Positions 42,573 to 62,218 of a stretch of DNA of 64,000 nt are shown piece after piece. The position numbers and the translations under genes were made by a program. The DNA lies in NCBI GenBank assembly GCA_012295275.1, contig CM022666.1, positions 13,454,001-13,518,000 on the forward strand, read 5' to 3'. Position 1 is the stretch's first letter. The number at the start of each line of letters is the position of its first letter. The DNA is from Chrysomallon squamiferum (lineage: Eukaryota; Animalia; Mollusca). The notes below the pieces were generated by a model. It saw only the letters and a list, made by a program, of their open reading frames with translations. It made no database searches and was not told the DNA's origin.

Positions 42573-42844
42573 AAATGACATTTTGTAACTAGATGATAAG
42601 TTAGATATATTGATAGAGAGAGAGAGTAAAATGACATTTTGTAACTAGATGATAAGTTAGATATATTGATAGAGAGAGAGAGAGAGTAAAATGACATTTT
42701 GTAACTAGATGATAAGTTAGATATATTGATAGAGAGAGAAAGAGAGAGAGTAAAATGACATTTTGTAACTAGATGATAAGTTAGATATATTGATAGAGAG
42801 AGAGAGTAAAATGACATTTTATAACTAGATGATAAGTTAGATAT

Positions 42845-42882
<38 letters not shown>

Positions 42883-42918
42883 AAATGACATTTTGTAACT
42901 AGATGATAAGTTAGATAT

Positions 42919-42956
<38 letters not shown>

Positions 42957-43848
42957 AAATGACATTTTGTAACTAGATGATAAGTTAGATATATTGACTA
43001 TACTATAAATTATGTTTTGATGTTAATATAAAAAATTACCTTCTCATCGATTTAATACTAATCTGATGTTGACTAATATTACAAATATTATTAATATTAT
43101 AAATTAAATTTCAGATTGTTTCTGATTTGTGGGGTGATCTGGGTGATTCTCACTCTAATTCTTCAAGGATTGTATGTCTGGGCTTTCAACTTCCCTCAAC
43201 TTTTATTTTTTAAAAGAATTGGGTGAGTCTGATTCCTTACTTTGTTTCTTATTTGTATTTTGTGTTATTGTGAAGAAAAAAAGAATGTGCCAAACAGCAT
43301 TATTTTAAAATATGTTGTCTCGTGTTAGATTTAAGTGTTTCAGTGTTATAATGTATAAAATGTGTATATAAATTATTTATTATTTTATTATCTACTTTCA
43401 TTCTTGTCAGAATTTGTTGTATACAGTAATGGAGCATTTAAGAATACGGGTTTAATTATAAAGACTTTTTAAAATTATTATTGATATACATAGGTGCACA
43501 GGCTTTCCCAGACATACACACTTTTAAATACACATACATTCAAACACACACACAAACACACACACACACACACAAAATCTACACACAAATGGACCTATTA
43601 TAAGGAAAGTTGAACAGTTTTAAAGAAGTAAACTAAAAAAAAATGTAACAATTATTTAAAAAATTGACTGAGTTTAAATTGCAAATGAAGAATGCAAAGG
43701 TTCTGCTCTTTATAACCGTTTTATTTTAGAGGTAAGTATACACGTACAATAAACACTAATTAAAAATAAAACAACAGTAAAAAGAAACTGACTTTAGTTA
43801 ATGATTAAATTACAAATGGAGAATGCACTGTTTTATTTTAAAAGGTAA

Positions 43849-43881
<33 letters not shown>

Positions 43882-44399
43882 GTACACTAGTTAAAAATAA
43901 AAGTTAAAAACATAAAGTATTAAAATACAAATGGAGAATGGACTGGCTTCTGTTCTTTATAGTACTTTTATTTTAAAAGGTAAATACACACAGTATACAC
44001 TAATTAAAAATAAAAGTTAAAAAGATAATATTAAATTACAGATGGAGGATGCACTGGGTTCTGTTTGCTGTGGAGCTGTTGGGACGGATGGTGCTGAACT
44101 CTGTTATTCTGGCTGTTGTTGTCAACTACGGCACACAGTGTGAAATGATTCTCTTCTACGTCATGGGCATTGCACTTCGACTGCAGGAAAAATCAACTGA
44201 TCTGAAAACAGCGATGAAAGTGAGGCTGAACTGTTGTAGATACTATTTAAAAAATAATAAGTTCCTTTTATTTTTGTTATTTGTACAAGTTGAACTGTTG
44301 GTAGCCTAAAAGTAATCTTTAAAAAGTGTACATTTTGCAAGACAAAGATACCTTCAGTATTAATTTTTAAATATTATTCTAAAAATTTGATTGATTTTT

Positions 44400-44430
<31 letters not shown>

Positions 44431-44689
44431 TATTTATTTATTCATTCAGTAATTTCCTTATTTGGTTATTTGTTTTTCCGTTTTTTCTTTCTTTGTAATC
44501 TGCTTTTTGGTGCTTTGTTATTTTTATTTACAGATTTATATATTTATTTCATATTTTGTTCTTTATTTCTTTAATGAATTAACTTCCTTGTCTGTGTTTC
44601 TTTTTATTTATTTATTTATTTACTATTTACTATTTACTATTTACTTATTTACTTATTTATTTTATTTATTTATTTATTTGCTTATTTAC

Positions 44690-44736
<47 letters not shown>

Positions 44737-46876
44737 CTTATTTGTTTATTTGTTTATTTATTTATTTACTTATTTACTTATTTACTTATTTATTTATTTA
44801 AATTAGGACATGCTGATGCTTAGACAGAGTATAAGTTTACTAAATGGAACAATGTCGAAGATGACATCTCTAACTTCTGTGATTCTGGCTGAACTTTCAA
44901 TTATAGGTAAAATCAGTTAATTTTAAATGATGATGGAATAGGACTAACCACCAGATTATTTAAATTTCATTCACTAGTCTTAACAAACAATAAATAAATA
45001 TTCATTTTTTCATGTTAATGGAATTGTTTATAACAAAATGGTTTGTTGTTTTTTACCTGAATAATAAATAACATTGGAAGAACATTATGTCACTGAAATA
45101 ATGGAATGATTTTTGAAATATTTATATAGCTTAACTATAAAAATAGTAGTAATAAAATCATGAAATGATTTTAATAATAATGATTATGGTGAGATGATGA
45201 TGATGAATAAATATATAGTCTAAAATAAATAGTTTATTATAGTAATAAAAAAATTATTATTATTATTATTATTACTATTGTTATTATTATTGTTATTATT
45301 TGTTGTTATTTTGTTATTATAACTAGTTAAAACTAATTAAAATATTGTATTATTCTGTAGGTATTCTTACATTATTGTTCATTTAAAAATATTTGAGTAA
45401 ACTAAAGAACCACTGTTCAAGCTGTGACAAACAGTTCAAAGTAAAAATCTTTTCAGGAATCAGTATTTTAGCACTGAACAAGTATGATGTTGGGAGAGTG
45501 TGGATCTACAGAAGTATATTTCCTATCATCTGGATAGTTATGTTGAGTTTTCCTCTTTTTCAGGTAGGATACAGTTACTGGCTTTATGTATCTCTTTCTC
45601 TCTCTTTCTCTCCCCCCCCCTCTATCTCTGTATGTCTCTCAGTCATCCTCTTTCTGTCTCTCTCTCTCTCTTACTTTCTGTATGTTATGTATTGTCTATA
45701 TCTAACTGTGTATCTGACAGGCTGTTTGCGTTAGAATACATTATTTATTAAGATTAAACAGAAAAGAAGATGATGGTATTTTTACTATTTTAATATATTT
45801 TCAGGCAGCAAGAGTTAATTCTGTATGCAGAAGACTGAAGAAGATCTCTCTAGAAATGCGAGTGTTTGGATACAAAAATAATTCTCAACTTGATCTTGAC
45901 TCATTTCTCCAGTTTGTTGGTCACACCAGATTAAAGGTAAAATTTCTATTCTATATGAATAGTCTGATTAACCTCTGGAAGAAAACAGCTCAGAAGGACT
46001 TTTGTTTGGATGTTGCTAATTCTCCACCAGAGATAGGTCTATATTGTTTTTTGGCTAATCTTTGCCAGCTGTACAGTTGGCAATGGTTCCAGCAAGTATA
46101 CTTATTTAACAATAATTTTGGCTTTAGATTCCTCGCATTCATTGCACTGAAAAGCTGTCACATGTTAATCAGCTGACAGTTATTTGGTCAATTCAATCAT
46201 ATTTGAAGATTTCTGAGTTGGTAGTTTTATGATAGGGGTCTTAGGTTTCTTCTTGTAGAGTGTGTATGTATGACTAAATGGTACTTTTTATTGCACCTGA
46301 GAACTTGGAAATGACTGATCTAAAGGAATGTAAAGTGAAAGTTATTGTTAAATGAATATACTAATCAGAATTGAAACCTATCTCTGGCTGAGATCCAGTG
46401 ATGTCCATCTGAGCTGTTCTTTGCCAGAGGACACTTGGACTATGTATTACACACACATACATAATATTAAGTTACATATACAGGTTAAACATTCCTGTTG
46501 CCAGTCTGATATTAAATTACATATAAAATAAAGATAAGGATTCTAAATTTCACACTATATTAAAGGTAAAAATTTCTGTTTCATGTATACTCACAGGCAG
46601 ACACACACACACACACACTATAACATTACACAGATATTTAAAATATGACTTTCACTACATATCTGATATTAAATTACATACAAAATAATGATTAGAATTT
46701 TCAATTTAGCATTAAAAGGTTTACAAATTAGATTGGAAAATATTTTATTTCAGGCCAAACTGTTCCATATACCAATCCAGCCATCCTATGTGATCTCTGT
46801 TCTAGTTCTGGGTGCTTTTGTTCTTCTCATACTTTTTCAAACTAGCAGCATTGGACCAGTTGATTATATCTTCTAG
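34371..46876 (+). CDS. Multi-pass membrane protein (~530 aa) resembling gustatory-receptor-like / 7TM ion-channel (GrlHz/DUF3537-like) proteins; start exon tentative
   Basis: In-phase exons 38289-38531, 39348-39449, 40015-40179, 41265-41528, 42015-42082, 43115-43222, 44042-44219, 44807-44906, 45457-45563, 45805-45936, 46754-46876; candidate ATG|GTTAGT at 34371-34373. About seven hydrophobic segments, CKKQVLRPYWALLMFIGWR near the N-terminus and a GR-like C-terminus (LDSFLQFV..RLKAKLFHIPI...FVLLILFQT). Confidence 0.75.
38917..39360 (+). repeat. ~57-bp minisatellite (about 8 copies) containing the splice acceptor and first bases of exon 39348
   Basis: Unit TATTTATTTTCAG|ATTTCAGACTTGGTAGTACTGTAGATTTATAAATAAATTTAAAG; the last copy runs into the true exon. 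Confidence 0.9.
39515..39932. repeat. Intronic minisatellite, ~19-21 bp unit (AAATATCACAATCACATAA)
   Basis: About 20 degenerate tandem copies. Confidence 0.85.
42505..42997. repeat. (TC)n/(GA)n inverted microsatellite followed by ~7 copies of GTAAAATGACATTTTGTAACTAGATGATAAGTTAGATATATTGATA + variable (GA)n
   Basis: Seen directly. Confidence 0.9.
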
Positions 46877-48799
46877 AACTCTTAAAACATTCTTAGTTCA
46901 GAAACGTCTGGTATTTAAGTTATATATGTTGTTCTCTAAACAAGTGTTTTCAGTAATGAAATGTGTGGTAGGTAACTGTCTTGTATCATCACAACAAACT
47001 GATCTGTTAACTCGATGTATTCAGTATTGATGTCATAAAGATTTAGTATTAATATAATTCAGATTTTTACATTAGTGTCATTAAGATTTAATATTAATGA
47101 CATTAAATTCAATATTAATATCATTAAGATTTAGTATGAATGTTGTTAAAAGTTAGATATTATCATATTTGTAAGAATGATCTTTAAAATGGTTGAAAAT
47201 TAGAACATAATTTTGCTGCACATGTTGACTGTTGAATGCAGTATGAACACAACTTACTTGTTGAGTTGATTTGAAGTATGAATTGGTTCATTTATATAAG
47301 TGACTGTGTTAAACATATTTGAAAAATAAACATATCTTTATTGTGACAAAATTAACTGCAATATTTCATCTAAAAATATATTTAGTGTAATGTTATTAAA
47401 AGGATTTGTTATTGGACAATGTTTCTGAAAAATGAGGAAACCTGCTACTGCTCATCACAGTTTAATTTGATATTGAGGAATATTTTAAATCAATGATATA
47501 TAACTTGCTTGATTAATAATTCTACCCTTCACATATCTTCCTTCCTCACTCTAACACTATAGGTCCAAGATCAATTGTCCAAACATGGAACTTGTTTTAA
47601 ACTGGATCTTGAAATTACTGATCTGATTTTAAGGATGAATCCTGTGCCAATAAACTTGTACCAGTTATCATAATGTTTTTCATTTAATTATTAAAATTAA
47701 CATAATATTTGTTTAATTCAACTTTCTACCCGTGCAAAGTGTCTTATAGGACATATATATTTAGTTGTTAAGGGGTTTGTTATTGGATTATTATGTGATC
47801 TCCTTAAGCTTGGAAAAAATGATAATCTGGAAAGGATTTGGAACAAGGATTCCAGAAGATCAGTGGTGTGTGTACCTGTATTATAATCATAATTCATAGA
47901 AATTGGAAGTCTATATACCATTAAAACCAATGATATCAAACTAGAATCTAAAACATACATCATCATCATCATAATCATCTTAAATAGAAATTTGAAATCC
48001 ATACTACTAAAACCAATGATATCAAACTTAAAATCCAAAATCTTCGTCATCATCATTCATGAGAAACAAAAATTCAGAGATAAGTAAAGTGATGTGAGTA
48101 ACATTGTCATTTAATTATTTGAGAAATTAGTTTAAAACCATGTCTTTCAAAATATTTGTTTAATAAAACAAATCATTGTTTTACCAAATTAAATATATCA
48201 GAAGTAACAGATTTTTATTTATAAACCATGTCTTTCAAATCATGTTTGTAATTGTTAATCATTAATTTTCACAAATCCATTTTTGTTTGCAATATATATT
48301 TTCTATTTATGTCACAATGTGAAAATATTTGGATATATAAATTTTGTTATATATTTACATGTTATATGTAATATGTGTATATAATGAACATGTCTGTTTT
48401 ATATAAATATATTTTGGAATTTGTTGTTTTGGTAAATTCATAGATGTATCAAATGTTGACCTTTTGAACCCATAAAGGACTGATTTAATTTGCATATACA
48501 TTTAAATATTCATAGTAATAAAAAATTAAGACTTAATGTTGAACAGTGTGTCATAACAATGCAGTATATTTTTAAATATATCTTTTCCCAACCTGATGAA
48601 TATTTTTATTTTACTGAGCAGATGAATCATTCATTGATTTGTCTTATTTATATTTGTATATTTTTTATATGTATTATTATCTATTGGTTACCAAATGACC
48701 ATTGTATGTTCTTCTTACATTGATATATTTGTTATTAAAAAAATATTTAAATCTGATGTTATTAAAAAAGATCCTAAAATAATCTTGACTTTTTTATTA

Positions 48800-49025
<226 letters not shown>

Positions 49026-50393
49026 ACTTTAAATTTGATATATACAAATTTCATAATGACAGCAGCAAAACAGATGTAATGGACTGTTATGTATTACTTA
49101 TAATGTTGTTCTGAATCATTAACAATAAAAGATTATCTGATCATGAAGTCAAGCTAAGTTTATAATATTAATCATGAATTCATGTATTCTGAACATTATT
49201 ATCAAATAGTTAAAGACTTGCTATTCAGTGTATTTTGTATTCAGCTTCATTTATTTAAACATGAATAATTAGTTAGATGAGAAAATATTAATGATATTTT
49301 GTGTATTTTGAGAATGAATTTACTACTATTCTGTTATGTAAATTTGTAATGCTTTCTCTGATTAGCATTTCAGTTGCACTTTTTAATTATTAATTAGAAA
49401 TGTATCTAATGAAATTATTAACTAAAAATGAATGTAATTATTAAACAGAAATATAACAAAAGTTGACATTTTATTATTAATTTTTGTTTTATATTTGAAA
49501 AAATTAACTATTATAAGTAAATAAATAAATGAAAAACGATAATAATGACTATTCATTTTAATATCTGAACATTTTAATTAATTTGAATGTTATCATCATA
49601 ATCACTTGTATAATAAAATCACAACAGTTGTAATGAAAATAATTTGTCTTTAATTCTAAATAAAACATTAACAATAAAAATTACATGATGAAATAAAATT
49701 AACTTTAACCATGAAAATAAACTTTTTAAACTACAATGATCAGTGAAAATAAATATATCAAAATTATAATTTTTTTAATTATTGTTACTAAATTTTATGT
49801 ATAAATGTCTGCAATAGTTATTGTCAACTACTTAGGGCAATTAGACATGTTGAAAAAAAATACATATCAACAGAAAAACATTTAGAAAATACTTTTAAAA
49901 GTAATCATGACACCAAAAGGTCATAAAAATTTTGTTTGCAACAAATTCTGAGAAATAATTCAGAAATAACAAGTAAATAACATCACAATATAACAACAAG
50001 CAATATTTAAATATAATGTAACATACAACAGTAATAAAAACATATAACTCTAATTTGAAATGAGAATAATCATAATGCAGCTCAAAGTTAATCATTTTAA
50101 CTTCACCAAAATACTTCACCAATTAGTAACCTAAAATATATTTTTTCTTTAAAAATTTTTATATTCATAATGCTACAGTAGATTTGCACAATTAATTTTG
50201 AAGTTATTAATCTTATACAAGTTAATATTTTTGAAATTAAATATTTTTCATACTCATAACAATTGACTTGCATAATTAATCTCTATGTTACTCTTGTAAA
50301 ACACCTACATAAACAATTTTCAGCAATAAAAATATGTAGGAAGCAGTTTTAAAAAGCATACCATACTCATGTGTTAAAAATATATTAATAATA

Positions 50394-53300
50394 TTATCCT
50401 TGTTCTCCAAAGTTTTGTGTGAAATTCTCAAACTGCTGAAGCTCCTCTCTGCAAACAGTTCTGCGATGTGTCTGAAGTGACTTTATGAAGTCATGCAAGG
50501 TCACATCACGAGGTATAATCTGAAATAAACATTGTAACAGTCTTTTTTTTTTTACATGTTTATATTATTAACTCATTTTTGTAATTAACTCTGATGCTCA
50601 GAAACCCATACATTGTTGTACTGCAAAGCACTATTTGATAACATATCAAAATTTACATTTTCTTTTTCTTTTTTAATCATAAAATATATTTTTATACTTC
50701 TTTCTGGAAATATGAATTTTTCACTGACGTAGACACCATTTTGATCAATAAATAATAATTTTATTATTAGTAGTAGTAGTTATAGTAGTAGTAGTAGTTT
50801 TAGTAGTACTTATAGTTGTAGTAGTAATAGTAGTTACCTTGTCTGGTGGCAGGTCTGTCATCCTAGCAATAATGACACCTGGTTGTGTTGTACTACAAGG
50901 CATAAAATGATCATCTGAAATGACAGTTTGAAACACAAATAAAAAAAAGGTTATACACCACATTTAATAACATCTTTGAATTTATGGAATTAATTACATT
51001 TATTTTTCACTGCTCTTCATTTGTTAAACTTCATAATTGCTCACTCACACACGTTCTTGTTTGACATGACATCAAAGCAGTCACCTGATAACTGAATCCA
51101 GTGTGTTGTCAACTGAAGATCTCTGACTGGTTCTAACAGAGCACCGAGTGTGAATGTCGCGATGTCACTTCCAGAGTATCCCTCAGTGTGGTCAGCCAGT
51201 CGGTTCCAGTCATCAGCACTGAGTTGTACCTGCGTCCCTCTGCAGTGCAGCTTTATCAGCTCAAGTCGAGACTGCCTGTAACGTGTAGGCCTACTTATTA
51301 ATGTGGTATTATCTTTACTGAATTTATTCACTGCTGAAGTTATTTATGAATACAAGAAAGGTTATCTATGAAATGGTTTCTGGTTTTAAAGTAAGAATCT
51401 TATATTAAAAACATTTGCATTAAAATTAAAAAACAAGTACCATTTATTTCACAAATACTATTTAAATTTAGAATTAATTTTTTTAAATAAAAAAAGAATA
51501 CATTTCAGAAATAATAATCTTGCTAGTATTATCATTTCCTATAGTTAAATTTCTTTTCTCCTGTTTTAAAATAATTAGTTATATGAAATATAACTTGACT
51601 GTACCTGTCAGGTAATGGAATGTAAATTCTCTTTTGAAATCGTCTCAGAAAAGCAGTGTCCAGTTCCCAGGGACAGTTAGTGGCACACAGTAAAAATATC
51701 TTATCTTCTGTTACAGAATTATCCGCTCCTTCCATCTGTTTGAGGAGTTCTGTCTTGATGCGTCTTGTGTGTTCTTCTTCTCGGGAGCTTCTCTGCCTAC
51801 AAATGCTGTCAATCTCATCAATAAAAACAACCTGTAATATATGTTGCAATTAAATAACAGATTTGCTGTCTGTGAAATGCATATTTTATTTTGCAAATAT
51901 TAAAGTTAATCATTATTGAAAGTTATTTTAAAATAAATTTTTAGCTTTCTACTTTTTAAATATTATTTTTATCAGACAGCTGAAAAATGTTTTTGGTTTT
52001 TTTGATGAGCATATAATCAAGCGACATAGCAAACAAATATTTTATTCTCAAAAATTGCCATCTATTTTCAAAATCTTTTCCATTCGAGACATAAGCTTAA
52101 TATGACACTTTTATAAAATGTTTCAGAATTTGATGAGAAAAAGTTTTGAAGTTATGCAGTCTTCTAGTGCACAGATTAGTATGGTGGATGTGGCAATATT
52201 TTCCAGTCAGGGTATTTAGCTTATGCTAATGTGGTCATGCACTGTCCTGAAGGAAGATGACACCTTTGTGATTAACTTTGTGATTAACATACTGGTCATC
52301 TTGTATTTGCTTTGTGCTGCCACAAACACCCAAATCTGATCATAGTCTGGTGCTGGATAATCTACATAGTTTCCATGATGCCAATTATGTTTATGAACTG
52401 TTGTGATACAAAGGGTTAAAGTTTAAATAGTTACCAAACAAGAGAATTTCAAAAACCACAGAAACCTTTTCAGTGATCTGATATAATAGAACATTATTTG
52501 TAAAATGACCCAGTTTAATCTGAATAAAGTAATTTCTCTGATTATATTTCTTAATGACACCTTAATCATTACAAATTCTGATGAAACCTTTCTAATGATG
52601 GCTTCATGTACTATCACCAGTATTGCTAGTAAATGAAGAAAGTAAAGAAAAAGCTAATTAACTTACAGATCTGCCTGGTTCATTCTTTGCTTGCAGGAAT
52701 AACTCTTTTATTAACCTTAAAAGAGAAAGATACAAGTTCAAAAGTGCACATTCAGAAAGAATTTCATCTCAGTTTATTCCAACATTACATAATCATGTGT
52801 TGTAAGCTATGAACCGTCATTACATTTGTTAGAATATTTCTTATAAAAGTTTACTGATAATTAGTTTCCTAATTATGAACTGACATTTCAATCATTTTGG
52901 AATGTTCGTTCCTTTTTTAAAAAAAGAAAATATCATGTTTAGAATAAAGTGATTTTTGTTTGTTCTTTTCTTTAGTGAATAAAATACCTGATTATTTCTT
53001 TTCACTGTCCATTATTATTAAAATTGATGTCATTATTCACATAAAAATAAATTAATTATCTTAGTCATGGTGCTAATGTATGAGTATGAAACTTAAGAAA
53101 CTAACCAAGAATTGTAATAAAATCTGTGGTGAAAGTTTACTCACTTTTCACTTTCTCCAACCCAGCTAGAAACCAGGTCAGCACTGGAAACACTGTAGAA
53201 TGTTGAATTGATCTCTGAAGCAACAGCCTGAGCCAGTCGAGACTTCCCTGTACCCGGGGGTCCATACAGCAGAATACGTTTCCACGGTTTGCGGCCACCT

Positions 53301-55907
53301 GATAAGTAATGAGCAAACAACACACTCAATTAGGTACTACTTAAATCAACAATTTAAATTGTGTTTTTTATTATTTTTAGTCTTAAATCAATTTATTATA
53401 TAAATATACAAATACTCTGATAGATATTTGCAGCTTTGTTACCAATTAATTAGTATTTTTCTTTTTCTATTCTGAACTAGTAGCTATTATCACTGCTACA
53501 AGCAAGTTTTCTACATTTAAATAATGAAGACAAAATAACAAATAACCTGTAAAAAGCTGTGGGTAATGCAGTGGCATTATTATTGCTTCAGTCAAGGCCT
53601 GTTTGGCTTCTGTTAATCCAGCCACATCACTGAAACAAATGTTTCCAGCACGCACAATGGTGTCTTCTATTGCTGACTGTCTGCCTCTTTTCTGCAGATC
53701 CTCACCAGACTGAGAGCAACACGCCTCTCAAAGAATGAATAAAACAATGAGCATCCAGTTGTTTGATAAACCTCGCTATATTTTAATAATAGTTATGAAA
53801 TGTTAAACAATTTTTTTCAATAAACTGGGGTTTTTATGTCATCAATTTTTTTTCAATTACACAGGATAGTCAATGACATCACTTCATAATTTGCTCTAAC
53901 ATAGACAAGAAAGTATATATAATGATACATTAGCTGCATGCTACTACCTGGATGAGAAATTATCCAGCAGGTATCAAGTAGGGCAGAATTGCAGTCAGAC
54001 AAAACACTGGGAAAACTTTCTCCTTTACTAGATAGAAAAGTTGGGACACATGAATGCTTTGTAGACATGGATATTATTTGCTCATGTTGTAACCAGAAGT
54101 CAATAATGTTTTAGTTTTATTATTGGAATAATATAAAATGAATTGTTTTTAAATGTTTTTATTTTTTTTTTTTTTCAGTTAAAGTTTTTAAGTATTACCT
54201 GATGCTGGCAATGTGGACAGATTTTGATCTGTAGTTACTTGACTGTCAGCATTTAACTGTCTTATCTTTTTCACAAGAACATCATAGTGACCACACAAAC
54301 TGGCTTCTAAATTGCACAGAGCCATCTGGTGAAAATCGCATTAAATGTACATGAGGAAAATAATAAAGTCAAGGTTTAGCATAATACAAGTTAAAGAAAA
54401 CTGAAAATAGTTAATAAATTACAGATGTCATTTAAATTTTGAATTTTTATTAGGTTTTTTGTTGGGTTTTTTCTAACTCCAGCTCATACATCAGTTTTAG
54501 AAATTTCTGTTTTTAAATTCATTGTTGTAGAATTTTTGTTGTAAGCTTTTTTTTATCTTTCTTATTTCAGTCTGTTTCCTTTCTTTTTTTAAACAACAAC
54601 AACAACAACAACTAAAAAACACAAAAAGAAAGCCAATATAAATATACACAAACAAATACCAGTTTTAACTAACAATGGATTTGTCTCTTTCTTCTTAATC
54701 TTAATAACTATTATAATTATCATGAAAGAAACACTGAGTTAACATACATTATAGAACTCATTTTGTTCTCTGGGCAGCAATTCATGAACGATTGCCTGAC
54801 ATCTCTCGACATTTGCCAACATGAGCTGAATATCTACATTGGAATCCTTCTTTCCCTCCTCTAGAGTTTGTTTTAAACTATAAAATTAATAAAAATATGT
54901 ACATTTTAAACACTTTAAAATTCTAAAATGAACAAATTAAATGCCTGGAAAATATTCAAGTGAAATGGTTGCAGATAATGATTGCCAGCTGGCTGATGTA
55001 TGAATGGATAAATGGATGTATGAATGGATAAACTGTTGCACAGTGAAGGCATGCAAGAAATAAAAATACTATCTTATCTTTCACAGACACATTATTTTTA
55101 TTAACCCTATAGGTTAATAGTTTTAATAATTAATAAATATAAATATTGTAATGTATAAAAATATAAATATTTAGATTCCTTACCAAGCTACTGCTTCTTC
55201 ATATGTGAGATGTTTCAAAGTAACAAAAATAGAGAGAGAGAAAAATAAAATAGTCAAATCTAAAAACACTCTTAGAAAATAAAACCAGATTAAATTGAAT
55301 ATTTTAAAAAATTACTATTTTATGATAATTATGTCTAAATATTTTACTTGTGATAAAATTCTTGTAAATTTAAAATGGCTACTCTACTTAACAAAACTGA
55401 TCATAGAATATCATTTTGAGTAATTTCAACTAAAACATTAAAACGTTTTATATATTATCTTCATTAAATTATTATTAATTATTCTAAATGAAGTTTTGAA
55501 CGTATCCTTTCCTTAATATTTTGAAAAAAAATCGAATTTAAATAAATAAAATCACGCATTCCTCTGATAACGCTAAATCATAAGTATGATATCGATGTAC
55601 CGATATGACTGTTATTTCGTCCCTAACAAGATGAACTACCAATACCTGTTTACGAATAATTTCCAGTCTTGATTCAGAACTGACAATCACAGACATTTAA
55701 TTGAATGCATGATCACCATGAGTTCATTGCAAATTTTATTATTGTCAAAATGACATCTATGTTTTTATTATTGTTATTATTATCATTATTATTATTTTGT
55801 TTTATTTATTTTATTATTTTTATATCGTTTTTGTTTACTTTATTATAATATTTTCCTTTTTCGTGGTTTTATTTACCTCCATATAATTCCATTTCATCGA
55901 TATCCAT
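50394..55907 (-). CDS. VPS4-like (meiotic clade) AAA+ ATPase with divergent N-terminus
   Basis: Exons 53724-53547, 53298-53145, 52715-52667, 51831-51605, 51275-51085, 50914-50838, 50519-50394 give Walker A GPPGTGKS, pore loop [10 protein letters not shown], Walker [42 protein letters not shown] and a Vps4_C-like PCS..PG segment. Upstream exons 55907-55877, 55196-55184, 54877-54748, 54325-54199 are less certain. Confidence 0.85.
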
Positions 55908-56199
55908 GGCTCTCTTTGGTCGTCTGCACTTTCAAAAGGGAAATAACTAATTTAAAGATGAGCTGTCAGTGGTATTGGCAATTAATTAGGGGAGATAACT
56001 GATATCTTCGCGTTATTTATTTATTTACTTATTTAATTTTTCATTATTCCCCACCCACCCCCGTTCGAACTTAAATAATAAGCTAGCCAAACTAAGCTGT
56101 TCGATTATTTTCTGAATTTAATAATATTATTAATAGGGGAGAGAGGGGCACGTTAAATAAATAAAAAATTAATTATGTAAATCAATCAATCAGAAAAGA

Positions 56200-56495
56200 A
56201 ATAAATAATTAAGTAAATAAATAAATAACTTGAAACTATTTACTAATTATTCAATATTTTCTAACTAGGTTCAACATTATAAACAACGTAATCAGAAACA
56301 TTATTTAAATTTTTGGCAACGTAAATAACATACTGACTACCTACAATGCGAATGTGTCACATGTACAGTTAGAAACACATTCATATACACAAACTTACAC
56401 ACAAACCTCCATAAATGCTGACACAGAGACATACACCTAAACCCTAACTGCATCAGCTTGGTTTTTTTTTTTTTTTTTTTTTATAATACAGAATA
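56200..56495. repeat. Diverged inverted copy of intron segment ~58199-58500
   Basis: e.g. CTACCTACAATGCGAAT / ATTCGCATTGTAGGTAG and CCTCCATAAATGCTGACACA / TGTGTCAGCATTTATGGAGG are reverse complements in collinear order. Confidence 0.85.
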
Positions 56496-57357
56496 ATTTT
56501 GTTGTTGTTGTTGTTGTTTCTTTTTGATGTTATTTTAATTTTATTTTTGATGTTGTTGTTTTGGCTATTTTCTGTAAACAATTAATTGAAATAAAAATGA
56601 TTTTAAAACAACACTGTGTTTGTTTTCTTTACGAATAATTTATTACCAACAATACTAACATTAGAAATAATTTAGACGGTAAGTTTTCATTATAACTGTT
56701 ATTATCTGTTATATGTCGTAATCTATTGAAAAAAATTCAAAACCTTATTAATTAGTCCTCACCAATGTATTTTATTATTATCTGTGCTATTATTACATGT
56801 GCATTTTATTAATTTAATAAATTGTACCTTAAATGCAGCGACATTGAGTCACCTGGTGAGTGATGACACCCTCATCTCAATATGAACTATATGGGAAGAC
56901 TCATACTTGAAAATGAGCTATCCTGGGGTATAGTTGACTTCAGGTACAGAACAAAAAAATATATATATAAATTTGATTTGAAAATATTTAAATTATGGCT
57001 AAAATATATGATAAGGGATGTAAGGATAACATGGTGATAACAAGTTTCTGTGTATTAATAGATAAATGATATTCTTTTCTTCAGTGTGTTAATTATAGTT
57101 AATACAGCATCACCTCATTTTATCTTTCACACAGTCATAAAGTGATATCAGTAATAATTATAACTCACACAAAATCTGAAAGTATTAATAACAGAAAGTG
57201 TGTCTTTATTTTACTGTTGTTTTTTTTTCTCTTTTTTTCTTTTTTTTTCTCATTGTTGTCTTTATTTCAATTTGTTTTACACACACAAACACAAACACAT
57301 ACACACACACAAACATACAGACACATATATATGTTTATATAGTTCCGTTCCGTTCCG

Positions 57358-62218
<4,861 letters not shown>

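Noticed and set aside
53948-54090. Possible extra exon of the VPS4-like gene (71-aa ORF region)
   Set aside because: Has a donor-like CAG|GTAGTA but no convincing acceptor; left out of the model pending cDNA.
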